From a virus (Duplodnaviria; Caudoviricetes), in the IMG/VR virus record IMGVR_UViG_3300028887_000080, positions 60,222 to 124,221 of that record: a stretch of 64,000 bases of DNA. One strand, written 5' to 3'. Of this stretch, positions 19,829 to 28,755 are shown one piece after another (position 1 is the stretch's first letter; every line of letters starts with the position of its first letter). The notes under the pieces were generated by a model. The model searched no databases. It had not been told where the DNA came from and saw nothing but the letters and a program-made list of their open reading frames with translations. The position numbers and the translations under genes were made by a program.

Positions 19829-20194
19829 ATGGGCAGAAAAAGAAGTGTAAATTACATAGACCCGAAAGAATTTTATGACGAACTTGTCATTTCGCTTGAA
19901 AAGGACGAACTCACTCCGAGGGCGATTGAACTCTGCCAACTGCTTATCGACAGGGTTGCCAAGTGCAACCACTACAGTTGCATTGAGGACGAAGAGGACT
20001 GCAAGGCGCACGCTATGTTCAACATACTGCGGTATTGGAGGAATTTCGACCCGGAGAAATACGACAATCCCTTCTCATATTTCACATCGTTCGCTTGGTC
20101 GGGTCTCGGACAGGGGTGGAATGTGATACATCCTGAAAAGGAAAGGGGTGTCCAAAAGATTTTCATATCAAGCATAGAGGACGCCAAAAAATGA
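19829..20194 (+). CDS. T4 gp55-like late transcription sigma factor
   Basis: NYIDPKEFY N-terminus and NFDPEKYDNPFSYFT motif. Confidence 0.8.
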   Translation: MGRKRSVNYIDPKEFYDELVISLEKDELTPRAIELCQLLIDRVAKCNHYSCIEDEEDCKAHAMFNILRYWRNFDPEKYDNPFSYFTSFAWSGLGQGWNVIHPEKERGVQKIFISSIEDAKK

Positions 20195-20222
20195 AAAAGG
20201 TCGGTTTTGAACCGACCTTTTC
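20194..20222. terminator. Bidirectional terminator
   Basis: AAAAAGGTCGGTT-TTG-AACCGACCTTTT. Confidence 0.75.
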
Positions 20223-20244
20223 TTTTTTGATACGCTTTGAACCT

Positions 20245-21948
20245 CTATTCCTTTTGGCAGTCGCAGACGAGTGTTTTCTTTTCCTTTCCGCAGGTCGGGC
20301 ACACATCGCCGTCGCCGCAGGTCGGACACTCACCGTTGACCACTGTCACTCCGTCACCGTCCACAACAACCGTTTCGTGGTTGATGTCGAAGATGAGGTC
20401 GCTTTTGTTCACAACAACCGACGAACCTGTTTTGGGGTCGGTCACGGTGATTGTCGTGTATTCAGGTGCCTCCGCGAATGCTGCGGCGTCGACATACACA
20501 ATGTCGCCTGGGACGAGTGTTCCGACAATGTTTGCCACCTTGACGGGAACGCAGTTGCTGTCGCAGTCTGTTGTGTATGTGTCGGAAAGTGCGATTTCGT
20601 TGTTCTTGATTTCACATTCAAGGAGGTTGAGAGCTTCAACAAGGGAAGTTGTGTCAATGTTTTTCGGTGTCTTTTCGATTTCAGACACGATTTTGCCGCG
20701 TTGCTCTTTCAGGAAGTCGATTCTGTCCTGAATGCTTGCACGTTCTTCCATAATCGCAGCCTTCTTGTCGCCTTCCGCCTTAAGTGCCTCTCGGAGTATG
20801 TTCGTGGCGTCGTAGTTGATGCTTTCCTTGATGTATTTGTTCGCTTCGGTTGCCGACTTGAAGAACTTCATCTCGTTCATATAGGTGTTGTAGTTCACGT
20901 TGTTGACATAGAAACCTTCCTCGACGGAAATCAGGGTGAGGAACACGCCTGCGTTCACGTCGGAACGGAGGTTCACCATATTGTCAAGTTCACTAATCAT
21001 ATCGCGGGACTCGAACATTTTGACAAGCGTGTCGATATGATGCACATTGGTCTTGTTGAACAGACCGCTGATTGAGAGTGTGTCGCGGAGGTCGAGTGAC
21101 GGGAGGTCTGTAAGGTCGTTGTTTCCTATGCAGATGCGGTTCTCGTCAATCTTGTATTCGAGTATTTTCCCGTTAACTCCGTAGTAGTCGAGCGTGTTTT
21201 CCTTTGCGTTGTAGGTCATAAGGGAAAGACCGTTCACCACGTTGTTGTAGCGTTCGTTTGAAACCTTTGTCTCAAGTATTTTTCCGTTAGACAAGGCATA
21301 GTTCTTTCCATAGAGGTTGAACACAATGCTGTTGTTTTCGGAAATGAAAGGAGTGAACATCTTGACCATAGAGCAGCAGTGGTTTTCGACAACCGTCTTG
21401 TTCAGTTTGCTTGTGGTCTTGTATTCCTCGGATTCGATAAGGGCGATGACCTGTTTGGATTCGTTGCACCAAAATTCCGTGTCAACCGCCAATTTTTTGA
21501 GCGGTTCATAGACATCGTCGTTCAGAAGCACGTCATTGACCTGCTTGTAGAGGTCTGCATACATATTGTTGGACATCTTCTTCGCACAGGACTCCATAAC
21601 CTTTGCCCCGACATATCCCCACTTGTCGATTTCCATTGTGGACTTGATGTATGCGCAAAGGGTTTTTACAGGAACGAGGAAACTCCCGTTCAGTGAGTTG
21701 TAGACATTCTCCGCAATCGAATACTTGATTGCAGGGTTCAGTTTTGATTCGTCAATCGGGATTCCAGCGTTTTTTCTTCCAATCATAACCGCAACCTCTG
21801 ACGGGAATTGCTTGATTGCATTCTCGACGATTGCGTACGAACTCATTGCGGAATATGATGCACTGTCGTTTGACGCCGCGAAATCCTTGAGGTCTCTTGC
21901 TGCGCTTGCGAGATTCTCATATAATTGTATCAGATTAAATTTTCTCAT
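20245..21948 (-). CDS. Probable virion/head protein with C-terminal Cys cluster
   Basis: 567 aa, late promoter, coiled coil, CPTCG repeats. Confidence 0.5.
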   Translation of the reverse strand: MRKFNLIQLYENLASAARDLKDFAASNDSASYSAMSSYAIVENAIKQFPSEVAVMIGRKNAGIPIDESKLNPAIKYSIAENVYNSLNGSFLVPVKTLCAYIKSTMEIDKWGYVGAKVMESCAKKMSNNMYADLYKQVNDVLLNDDVYEPLKKLAVDTEFWCNESKQVIALIESEEYKTTSKLNKTVVENHCCSMVKMFTPFISENNSIVFNLYGKNYALSNGKILETKVSNERYNNVVNGLSLMTYNAKENTLDYYGVNGKILEYKIDENRICIGNNDLTDLPSLDLRDTLSISGLFNKTNVHHIDTLVKMFESRDMISELDNMVNLRSDVNAGVFLTLISVEEGFYVNNVNYNTYMNEMKFFKSATEANKYIKESINYDATNILREALKAEGDKKAAIMEERASIQDRIDFLKEQRGKIVSEIEKTPKNIDTTSLVEALNLLECEIKNNEIALSDTYTTDCDSNCVPVKVANIVGTLVPGDIVYVDAAAFAEAPEYTTITVTDPKTGSSVVVNKSDLIFDINHETVVVDGDGVTVVNGECPTCGDGDVCPTCGKEKKTLVCDCQKE

Positions 21949-21985
21949 ATCTTATATAATATTTTCCTTGTGTTGTGACACCTTT

Positions 21986-21993
21986 TATTTATA
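21986..21993 (-). promoter_or_regulatory. Late promoter TATAAATA
   Basis: Exact motif. Confidence 0.7.
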
Positions 21994-22003
21994 AAGGACT
22001 CTT

Positions 22004-22546
22004 TCAGTCCTTGTTTTCCTTTTTAGTCTTTTCGGAAAGCGACTTCACATAGGCGTCGAAGTCAAGGACGTGACCGTTTCCTGCGTTTATCTTGCCGATG
22101 TTTTTGTCAACAGGAATGAGTTTTTCGTTTCCCTTTCCTTTCGGAGCGTCGAATTTCGGGGGCTTGTATCCACCCTTGCGCTCATCCTTCTTGAACTCCT
22201 TCTTGGTCTTGTCCGCCCTGTCGTTTGCAATGCTGTTCATATCGCCCGCATTGCCTTTTCCGCTTGTTATAACCTCCGTGTCGTCCTCGTTGGATTCCTT
22301 TATCTCGTCCTTGATGTTGACGGGTTTCCAAGCGGACGGGGTTATGATTGCAAAACCGTTCTTCGGCATAAGGTCTGGGTGCTGCATCGGGTTCGGGCAT
22401 TCCGCGCATATCTCGTTGTATCTTGCGATGTGCGTGCGTGCGATTTCCTCGATGACACCCATTCCGAGAAGTATGCTCAAGACCTGCTCGTCGCTCAATC
22501 CGCATTTCTTCTGCGAATAAATCAGTCTCAATAAGTTGCTGTTCAT
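22004..22546 (-). CDS. Late hypothetical protein
   Basis: ORF; start at 22546 or 22564. Confidence 0.6.
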   Translation of the reverse strand: MNSNLLRLIYSQKKCGLSDEQVLSILLGMGVIEEIARTHIARYNEICAECPNPMQHPDLMPKNGFAIITPSAWKPVNIKDEIKESNEDDTEVITSGKGNAGDMNSIANDRADKTKKEFKKDERKGGYKPPKFDAPKGKGNEKLIPVDKNIGKINAGNGHVLDFDAYVKSLSEKTKKENKD

Positions 22547-22567
22547 AATAGGATAATTATTCAACTA

Positions 22568-22575
22568 TATTTATA
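22568..22575 (-). promoter_or_regulatory. Late promoter TATAAATA
   Basis: Exact motif. Confidence 0.65.
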
Positions 22576-22584
22576 AGGCAGGAT

Positions 22585-22974
22585 TTACCATCCATTGCCG
22601 TTTTTAATACGGATGCCCTCACGCCGCATATCCTGTGGGGTGATGTTTCCGAGTTTTCCAATCCAAAGTTCGTGTACGCTGTTGTATTCCTCCGTCCAAC
22701 CCTTTTTCTCGTATGTGACGAGGATGCAACCATTGTCAAGCACCTCACAGGTCAGGTCGGCAACGTCAATGTCGGATTTTACTGCCGATTTGACAACATC
22801 ATACACACTGTTGCCGGTGATGAGTTTGAGGTCTTTGTGCTGATAGTCTCCGTGTCTGACACTGTGTTCCTCGTGTTTCAGAAGCACATAGGGTTCGTAT
22901 CTGTATCCTGTGGCGGTGGATGGCATTCTTGATTTACTGACACTCATTTCATCCACACTTTTGATATGTTCCAT
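22585..22974 (-). CDS. Putative internal head protein (MEHIKSVDEM leader)
   Basis: Shared leader plus late promoter. Confidence 0.6.
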   Translation of the reverse strand: MEHIKSVDEMSVSKSRMPSTATGYRYEPYVLLKHEEHSVRHGDYQHKDLKLITGNSVYDVVKSAVKSDIDVADLTCEVLDNGCILVTYEKKGWTEEYNSVHELWIGKLGNITPQDMRREGIRIKNGNGW

Positions 22975-22999
22975 AATCGGTTGATATATTTTTTTACAT

Positions 23000-23007
23000 T
23001 ATTTATA
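23000..23007 (-). promoter_or_regulatory. Late promoter TATAAATA
   Basis: Exact motif. Confidence 0.7.
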
Positions 23008-23015
23008 TTCGGTCT

Positions 23016-23046
23016 GTGAACTACCGCTTGGGTAAAGACATAGCGG
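23016..23046 (-). mobile_element. Relic IS200/IS605 right end
   Basis: GTGAACTACCGC is the reverse complement of 40181-40192, with adjacent imperfect hairpin. Confidence 0.4.
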
Positions 23047-23063
23047 TTTTTTTGAACAATTCG

Positions 23064-23071
23064 TATAAATA
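23064..23071 (+). promoter_or_regulatory. Late promoter TATAAATA
   Basis: Exact motif. Confidence 0.7.
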
Positions 23072-23092
23072 TAGACAAACAAAAACGGAATT

Positions 23093-23815
23093 ATGAGGAT
23101 TAAAACACTTGACGAGTTCACAAACCGCGTAAACGAGGCGAAGGGTGACAACCTGCATCAATTCGTGGAGTATATGAATGAATACGGAAAACAAGGTGAA
23201 TTGGGACATTGTTCAACGACAGCGGAAAACGAGTTTTCAAAAAACAATTTTGTTTTCAGTGACGTGTCAGACACATTTGACAATTATTCACTATGCGGTC
23301 TTGTGTTCGACTATCTTTGTGATATGGGTGAAGCGTGCGATTTGGACGAACTTAAACATTCGGACGACCCTGTTGTGGAGTACATAGAGGACGAAAACGA
23401 CTTCAACGGTTATCTGATGGACGTCGCATACGATAGGATTCTGTCCAACTTGGAAACTGACAGCAGGGGGAACATCTATATAGAGCGTGAAATATCGGTT
23501 CCAAAATTCATAAACAAGGACAAGTTCTACAACTTGCTGAAAACCGACTACAGCGGAAAACTCGGTGTGTTCTGGACTTATGCCAAAGGCAATGCGGAGG
23601 CGCAGTGGTCAAACCATCTTGACGGCGAATACATAACGCTGTACGGATATGTTTCACCGACCGATGTCGATTGGGACGAAACCATCAGGGCGAACCTCGA
23701 TATGCCAGACGAACAGGAACTGACGTTGAAGAAAGGCGCGACAATAGAACTCGACAGGGTAAAAACAAAAAAAGGGCACACCATATTCCGTGGCAGTATG
23801 CTGTACAAGGCGTAA
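23093..23815 (+). CDS. Putative internal head protein, possible ADP-ribosyltransferase fold
   Basis: Leader MRIKTLDEFTNRVNE; IYIER / GVFWT / DEQEL motifs. Confidence 0.5.
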   Translation: MRIKTLDEFTNRVNEAKGDNLHQFVEYMNEYGKQGELGHCSTTAENEFSKNNFVFSDVSDTFDNYSLCGLVFDYLCDMGEACDLDELKHSDDPVVEYIEDENDFNGYLMDVAYDRILSNLETDSRGNIYIEREISVPKFINKDKFYNLLKTDYSGKLGVFWTYAKGNAEAQWSNHLDGEYITLYGYVSPTDVDWDETIRANLDMPDEQELTLKKGATIELDRVKTKKGHTIFRGSMLYKA

Positions 23816-23821
23816 CACCGC

Positions 23822-23840
23822 AATATATCAACGATATATC
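23822..23840. repeat. GATATATC-N3-GATATATC box (1 mismatch)
   Basis: AATATATC AAC GATATATC. Confidence 0.75.
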
Positions 23841-23841
23841 T

Positions 23842-24108
23842 ATGAAAGAAGACATCAACAGATACAAGGGGTTCGAGTTTCCGAACGACAAAGTCCGCAC
23901 CTCCAACTGGGACATACAGAACACAGGGTACGACTACTCAAAGACGCTTATAAGCAACTCCCTTTCCAAATACCTCTACGGCAACAAGTCGCTTGCAGGG
24001 TTCCTCGACACACTGAACGGCATAATGGTGCATCTCGTGGACTGCGTGAAATACATACGCAACTTCTACAACTACGCCGTGCCGAAAGACTACAAGAAAA
24101 TCAATTAG
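23842..24108 (+). CDS. Hypothetical protein
   Basis: ATG at 23842. Confidence 0.6.
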   Translation: MKEDINRYKGFEFPNDKVRTSNWDIQNTGYDYSKTLISNSLSKYLYGNKSLAGFLDTLNGIMVHLVDCVKYIRNFYNYAVPKDYKKIN

Positions 24109-24117
24109 AAATCAGCG

Positions 24118-24435
24118 TCAGATTTCCGGGTCGACATAATAATCGACGATTATAGGGGCGCCTTCGCCCGCGTATGGCAGCGCCCGAAGCGTGTTGTACG
24201 ATATGTAGTCATACGCCTCGTCCTCGTCCATACCGTCGGCGGTCATAAGTTGTCCGACCATCCTGAACATACTGTATATGTAGCGCCCGTCTGTGTCGAC
24301 GCCGACTATGCAGTTGTCGAACCCGTCGAGTTTTATCGACTCCGGATACATTTCAAACAGGTCGTCGAGAGATATTCTCATCGGAGCGTCCTTGTCAAGC
24401 AGCGTTTTCCCGATTTTGCTTTCAGTGATTTTCAT
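24118..24435 (-). CDS. MRxTxS-tag protein (MKITES) with conserved phage domain
   Basis: DGFDNCIVG...EAYDYISYN...GEGAP. Confidence 0.7.
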   Translation of the reverse strand: MKITESKIGKTLLDKDAPMRISLDDLFEMYPESIKLDGFDNCIVGVDTDGRYIYSMFRMVGQLMTADGMDEDEAYDYISYNTLRALPYAGEGAPIIVDYYVDPEI

Positions 24436-24558
24436 AATATTTCGGCAATTAGACCGCCTGAATGAAGTCAAAGCGGATGTTCAATTTGTTTATTTTATGT
24501 TTTCTGCAACGGAATTATCCCTTTCTGAAATAATATAACAAAAAAATGGAAATTTTTT

Positions 24559-24569
24559 ATTATATTCAA
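24559..24569 (+). promoter_or_regulatory. Putative early/middle promoter ATTATATTCAA
   Basis: Exact 11-mer. Confidence 0.6.
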
Positions 24570-24582
24570 TAAAAGGAATGCT

Positions 24583-24777
24583 ATGGACATCAAATATAGA
24601 AAAGACCACGAATGGACTTCCACGCAGTGCGACCACATCCGCATCCTCGACAATGAGGGAAACGAATACCGCATAACCTGCAACAAGTTCGGGGGGATAG
24701 AGATTCTGTCGGAAGACGGAAGTGTGGCAATCGAACCGATTGTGTCAAACCATTTTGTCATCAAAAGAACGAAGTGA
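24583..24777 (+). CDS. Small hypothetical protein
   Basis: ORF directly after the promoter. Confidence 0.6.
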   Translation: MDIKYRKDHEWTSTQCDHIRILDNEGNEYRITCNKFGGIEILSEDGSVAIEPIVSNHFVIKRTK

Positions 24778-25196
24778 TGCACACCTACAAGAAATTCACG
24801 AAAGACCAAAGAAGCACGTTCTCCTATTGGTTCGCCCATTGGCGGGCGTTCAACGAACTCGCACGCGAACTCGGCGTGTGGAAATTCCGCCACCTGTTCC
24901 ACGATATAGAGAAACCGTTCCTGCGACTTTTTATGGACTACAGGAAAGTGCAGGAAATCCATCGCAGACACAACGCCCACCATCTTGAATATCAAGGCAG
25001 GCGTAATTGGTTGGATATGTACCTTGATTGGGAGTGCTCCCGTTACACGAAAATCGCAAGTCCGAGAACCGCCGTGGAGGAGGCGAACGCGAAGTTGCAG
25101 GACGGAACTATGTCATACAACGACTACTGCGAGTTTATGCGTGTGGCGAGAAACATAAGTAGAAAGGACTATGAAAAAGGAAGCGGACAAGAATAA
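24777..25196 (+). CDS. HD-fold-like protein (DUF5662-like)
   Basis: FHDIEK...HRRHNAHH...DWE. Confidence 0.6.
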   Translation: MHTYKKFTKDQRSTFSYWFAHWRAFNELARELGVWKFRHLFHDIEKPFLRLFMDYRKVQEIHRRHNAHHLEYQGRRNWLDMYLDWECSRYTKIASPRTAVEEANAKLQDGTMSYNDYCEFMRVARNISRKDYEKGSGQE

Positions 25197-25422
25197 ATTC
25201 CCGATTGAGTTCGAGTTCTTGTTTATGAACCATTGGGGCGGCATTTACATTCTCCCTTGTATGAAGTTGTGCGTCAATTACTCAATGCCGACACTCATAT
25301 TACAGTGGTGGGTGTTTCGGTTGGATGTTAAAATATACAAGCATTTGCCGAATTGGTTTATGAAATATGTATGGAGCGTCCTCAACTTCGATTTTATTAA
25401 AAAGAAGAAGTATGACAAGTGA
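25171..25422 (+). CDS. Hypothetical protein
   Basis: Coupled ORF. Confidence 0.5.
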   Translation: MKKEADKNKFPIEFEFLFMNHWGGIYILPCMKLCVNYSMPTLILQWWVFRLDVKIYKHLPNWFMKYVWSVLNFDFIKKKKYDK

Positions 25423-25867
25423 AGAAAAAGATTTATTGCGAAAAGACCTCTGCGCGAGGTTGCCGTATGATACGATTGTAAGCGTTGACAATGGTAAATA
25501 TCGTGAAGATACGAAACTTCGTACATATCATCTTGCAGATTTCAACACTTGGGACGTCAGACCTTATCTCCGCCCGATAAATACCATAACAAAATCGGAA
25601 ATTGCCGATGCGATTAAGTATATTTGTGATACCGATAATGTTGTATGGGACGATGGAACATCTGGTGTAGGATTCTATTTTTATAAATCAGATGGAATTA
25701 AACGCCCATTTGATGATTTCAAATTCAGATTGGGATGTTACGGACCAAAAAATATTGATTGGTTTAATAAATTCCATTTTGACTATCGTGGATTGATACC
25801 GATGGGATTGGCATTGCCATCACCTGAAGGAATGTATGAAACTAAAAGTGAACTAATTCCACCCTAA
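25412..25867 (+). CDS. Conserved Bacteroidota-phage-type hypothetical protein
   Basis: LLRKDLCARLPY...RPYLRP...HFDYRGLIPMGLA; stop lies within the MITE. Confidence 0.65.
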   Translation: MTSEEKDLLRKDLCARLPYDTIVSVDNGKYREDTKLRTYHLADFNTWDVRPYLRPINTITKSEIADAIKYICDTDNVVWDDGTSGVGFYFYKSDGIKRPFDDFKFRLGCYGPKNIDWFNKFHFDYRGLIPMGLALPSPEGMYETKSELIPP

Positions 25868-26154
25868 AGGGCGGAATCTTCGTGATTCAACGATGCTGTT
25901 TGCTTTGAATGTCCTATGGCATTCAAAATCATTTCCCGCATCTCCACACGCTTAAATTCGGTGTGTCCCACACCTACATATAAAACATCTGTTTTCTTGG
26001 TTTTACGGTCACAAACAGTCTGTTTTTGTTTCTGTGACCAACCACGATACCAATATTTCAAAGAACTTAATATATTTATATGAACCATTTTATAAACAAC
26101 TTTATTCGTTCCGTTTCATATCCCACCTTGAAAGGAGGAATCTTTTCACGGAAC
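25848..26154 (-). mobile_element. MITE: internal-deletion derivative of the IS605-like TnpB element at 38787-40192, retaining the omegaRNA region
   Basis: Both ends and about 130 nt of 3' sequence align with the full element; AAAT upstream in both. Confidence 0.85.
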
Positions 26155-26170
26155 ATTTATGTAAATAGAT

Positions 26171-26446
26171 ATGACGAACATAGAAAAAGTAAGAGAACTA
26201 ATCGAAGAAATATATCCATCAACCTCAATGGGTGATTATGGACTGAAAGAAATGCTATTGCTGGCGGCGATGAAATGGAAAGAACAGGAGATGATTGAGA
26301 AATTAAAAGAAATGGAAATTGAAGACGGAGATATAGAAGATTTTGCCAATGAGGAACAAAGTAGCAACTATGGGTTGAGTGAGAAGTTTATCTCACGTCT
26401 CAAAAAAGAAATGCAAATAACTGATAAACCATCACACTTAAATTGA
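26171..26446 (+). CDS. Hypothetical protein
   Basis: 91-aa ORF. Confidence 0.55.
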   Translation: MTNIEKVRELIEEIYPSTSMGDYGLKEMLLLAAMKWKEQEMIEKLKEMEIEDGDIEDFANEEQSSNYGLSEKFISRLKKEMQITDKPSHLN

Positions 26447-26453
26447 AAACAAT

Positions 26454-26792
26454 ATGAAAATCACAATCGTACACAACCCTGGATTCATTGAAGAGGAATT
26501 TTCGATTGAAATGAAAGGCGGGGAAATAAGCGCGGAATACGAAACCAATGACGGGGAACGTTATGTCATCGCCCGTGTACCAAAAGGTCTCGTGAACGTT
26601 ATTTACAATATGCAGAAAGGACTGCACAAAAACGACACCGTCATTGTGGAAACGGAAACTAAAACAGTAAGGGGAAAGTATTATGCTCCTTCACAGATTG
26701 ACGGCAACCCTCTTGTTTTATTGGACAACGGGATAGCAAAAGAAAAGAAAAGCAAGGAAACCCAAAGAATAAAACAAAATAAAACAGAATAA
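26454..26792 (+). CDS. Hypothetical protein
   Basis: 112-aa ORF. Confidence 0.6.
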   Translation: MKITIVHNPGFIEEEFSIEMKGGEISAEYETNDGERYVIARVPKGLVNVIYNMQKGLHKNDTVIVETETKTVRGKYYAPSQIDGNPLVLLDNGIAKEKKSKETQRIKQNKTE

Positions 26793-26795
26793 AAT

Positions 26796-27695
26796 ATGGC
26801 AAACAAAGATTCTCTCGGCGACCGTATGAAAGAATACGAGGGTGTGTCGAGATACAAACTGACACGGCGTATGCCCGTTGTAATCCGCATCGACGGAAAA
26901 TCATTCCATACATTCACAAGATGGTTCAACAAACCCTATGACGTCGTACTGTCCGACACGATGGGACGCACAATGAAATATCTCTGCGAGAATATTCAGG
27001 GATGCGTGTTCGGATACACGCAGTCCGACGAAATCACACTCGTCCTCGTGGACTATGAGAAACTGAACACCGCTGCGTGGTTCGACAACACAGCGCAGAA
27101 GATGTGCAGCATCGCCGCTTCTATGGCGACGATGGCGTTCAACAAGTTCTTCGGCGAGGAGGTCGGCAGGTTCTCAAGCAAAGTGTCCGACCCGCAATGG
27201 TATGACTATTACGGACTGCACCGCCTTGACGGAGGTATAGACCAAGAGCGAATCGCCAAACTCAATGTCACATACCGAAAGGCATACGAACGAGGAGCGA
27301 TGTTCGACGCAAGGGTGTTCAACGTCCCGAAGGAAGATGTGACCAACTGCGTCCTGTGGAGGCAGCAGGACGCGACCCGCAACAGCATTGAGATGCTCGG
27401 ACGCGCATTTTTCACGCACAATCAGTTGTTCAAGAAAAACTGCTCCGACATTCAGGATATGCTGATGACTTGGCACAACATCAACTGGAACGACGTTGAC
27501 ACGCGCTTCAAGCGCGGGTTTTCCTGCATAAGGAAAGAAATGGAGGTTTCTATGCCCGACACCTCAACCGCTTCGCCAACGGCAACCGCATCCTGCGGAA
27601 AGACGACACGACGAGTGTGGGTGTTGGATATGGAGATGCCGATTATCACGCAGGACAGGGACTATATCGACAAACTTGTTTTCATCGGGGAATGA
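26796..27695 (+). CDS. thg1: tRNA(His) guanylyltransferase Thg1-like protein
   Basis: RIDGKSFHTFT, YTQSDEI, FDARVF, WRQQDATRNS. Confidence 0.95.
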   Translation: MANKDSLGDRMKEYEGVSRYKLTRRMPVVIRIDGKSFHTFTRWFNKPYDVVLSDTMGRTMKYLCENIQGCVFGYTQSDEITLVLVDYEKLNTAAWFDNTAQKMCSIAASMATMAFNKFFGEEVGRFSSKVSDPQWYDYYGLHRLDGGIDQERIAKLNVTYRKAYERGAMFDARVFNVPKEDVTNCVLWRQQDATRNSIEMLGRAFFTHNQLFKKNCSDIQDMLMTWHNINWNDVDTRFKRGFSCIRKEMEVSMPDTSTASPTATASCGKTTRRVWVLDMEMPIITQDRDYIDKLVFIGE

Positions 27696-28105
27696 GACTG
27701 ACGGAAAGCAAAATCGTGGATGATATTAGGAGGGACGTCATCAAGGTGACGTTCGCTGTCGACGTGAAGGACAGGAGCGTCATAGATGAGCAATTCATAC
27801 TCGGAAAGTACCCGTTCAACCTGTATTCCGAATACGACCCTGTTGAAAAGCGCAGGTATCTCGAAGCGTGCTTCATTTTCGACGTGAAGGGGTATGAACT
27901 CGCGGTTCCCGTCGGAAAGGGCGGTCTTTACAGAATGCGCGGGGAAGTCTATCCGAACCACGCCTGCACAGACGAGTGGTTAATCGAGGGGAGCAGGGCG
28001 GTGAACTTTATGTCATTCCTGCGGAAATCGAAAGGCACCACCTATCTGCGCATAATAAAGAACGACGGAAACCTTGAGTTTACATTGAACGGCGGTTTAT
28101 ATTGA
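27692..28105 (+). CDS. MRxTxS-tag protein (MRLTES)
   Basis: ATGA overlap with thg1. Confidence 0.7.
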   Translation: MRLTESKIVDDIRRDVIKVTFAVDVKDRSVIDEQFILGKYPFNLYSEYDPVEKRRYLEACFIFDVKGYELAVPVGKGGLYRMRGEVYPNHACTDEWLIEGSRAVNFMSFLRKSKGTTYLRIIKNDGNLEFTLNGGLY

Positions 28106-28112
28106 AATTGAT

Positions 28113-28613
28113 ATGGCAAGACTTACGGACTCGGAAAATATCCGCGACATCCTCTGCGCGGAAACGCAGTACACCGAACTGAAGTCGGAGTTCTACAAAC
28201 GTGTTGTGAACAGTCACTTCAGGGATGTTATGTCCTATGTGAAGGACAGTCGGAACCGCAGGTTGGTGGATGAACTGTATGGGGAACTGAAAGACCTGTG
28301 TTCCGCCTATGTCGGTGTGAACGGTATGGGGCGGAAGTTCGGACTCCTGTTCTACGACGATGGTTTCGGGAACGCAACTATGGAGAGCGTGTTCGCATAC
28401 CACGTCATCGCCAATGTCTGCATCATCCCCAAAAAGAAAGGTCACTACAACGAAACTTCGTTGAAGTCGGCGATGAAGTCCGACGTGCGGATTTTCGATG
28501 CCACACTGACGCGCTTGGTGAATTGGTACAAGAGGTGCGAACAGGAGTATTTCAGATGCGAGTGCACGGACATCGACGGCAACTTCTACCTGTTCGATGA
28601 CTACTGCTTCTAA
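28113..28613 (+). CDS. MRxTxS-tag protein (MARLTDS)
   Basis: 166-aa ORF. Confidence 0.7.
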   Translation: MARLTDSENIRDILCAETQYTELKSEFYKRVVNSHFRDVMSYVKDSRNRRLVDELYGELKDLCSAYVGVNGMGRKFGLLFYDDGFGNATMESVFAYHVIANVCIIPKKKGHYNETSLKSAMKSDVRIFDATLTRLVNWYKRCEQEYFRCECTDIDGNFYLFDDYCF

Positions 28614-28617
28614 AACA

Positions 28618-28648
28618 AAAAACGCAGGGTTTGACGCCTGCGTTTTTT
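28618..28648. terminator. Intrinsic terminator
   Basis: AAAACGCAGG-loop-CCTGCGTTTTTT. Confidence 0.75.
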
Positions 28649-28755
28649 GTTTTGTTGATGTGTTCTGCTACCGCTTCAACCACCGTGACATTGAAAGTGT
28701 TTGAAAACACTTGGTTTGGTTAGTGGTTCAATGGGTTGCAGCGTGAAGTTAATTA

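Noticed and set aside
20191-21075. Long opposite-strand ORFs (also 33978-34916, 52564-53562, 13177-14007)
   Set aside because: They are antisense shadows of well-supported genes, with no motifs or promoters of their own.
25864-26088. 74-aa ORF similar to the TnpB C-terminus
   Set aside because: It is a remnant within the MITE/omegaRNA region and unlikely to be a functional protein.
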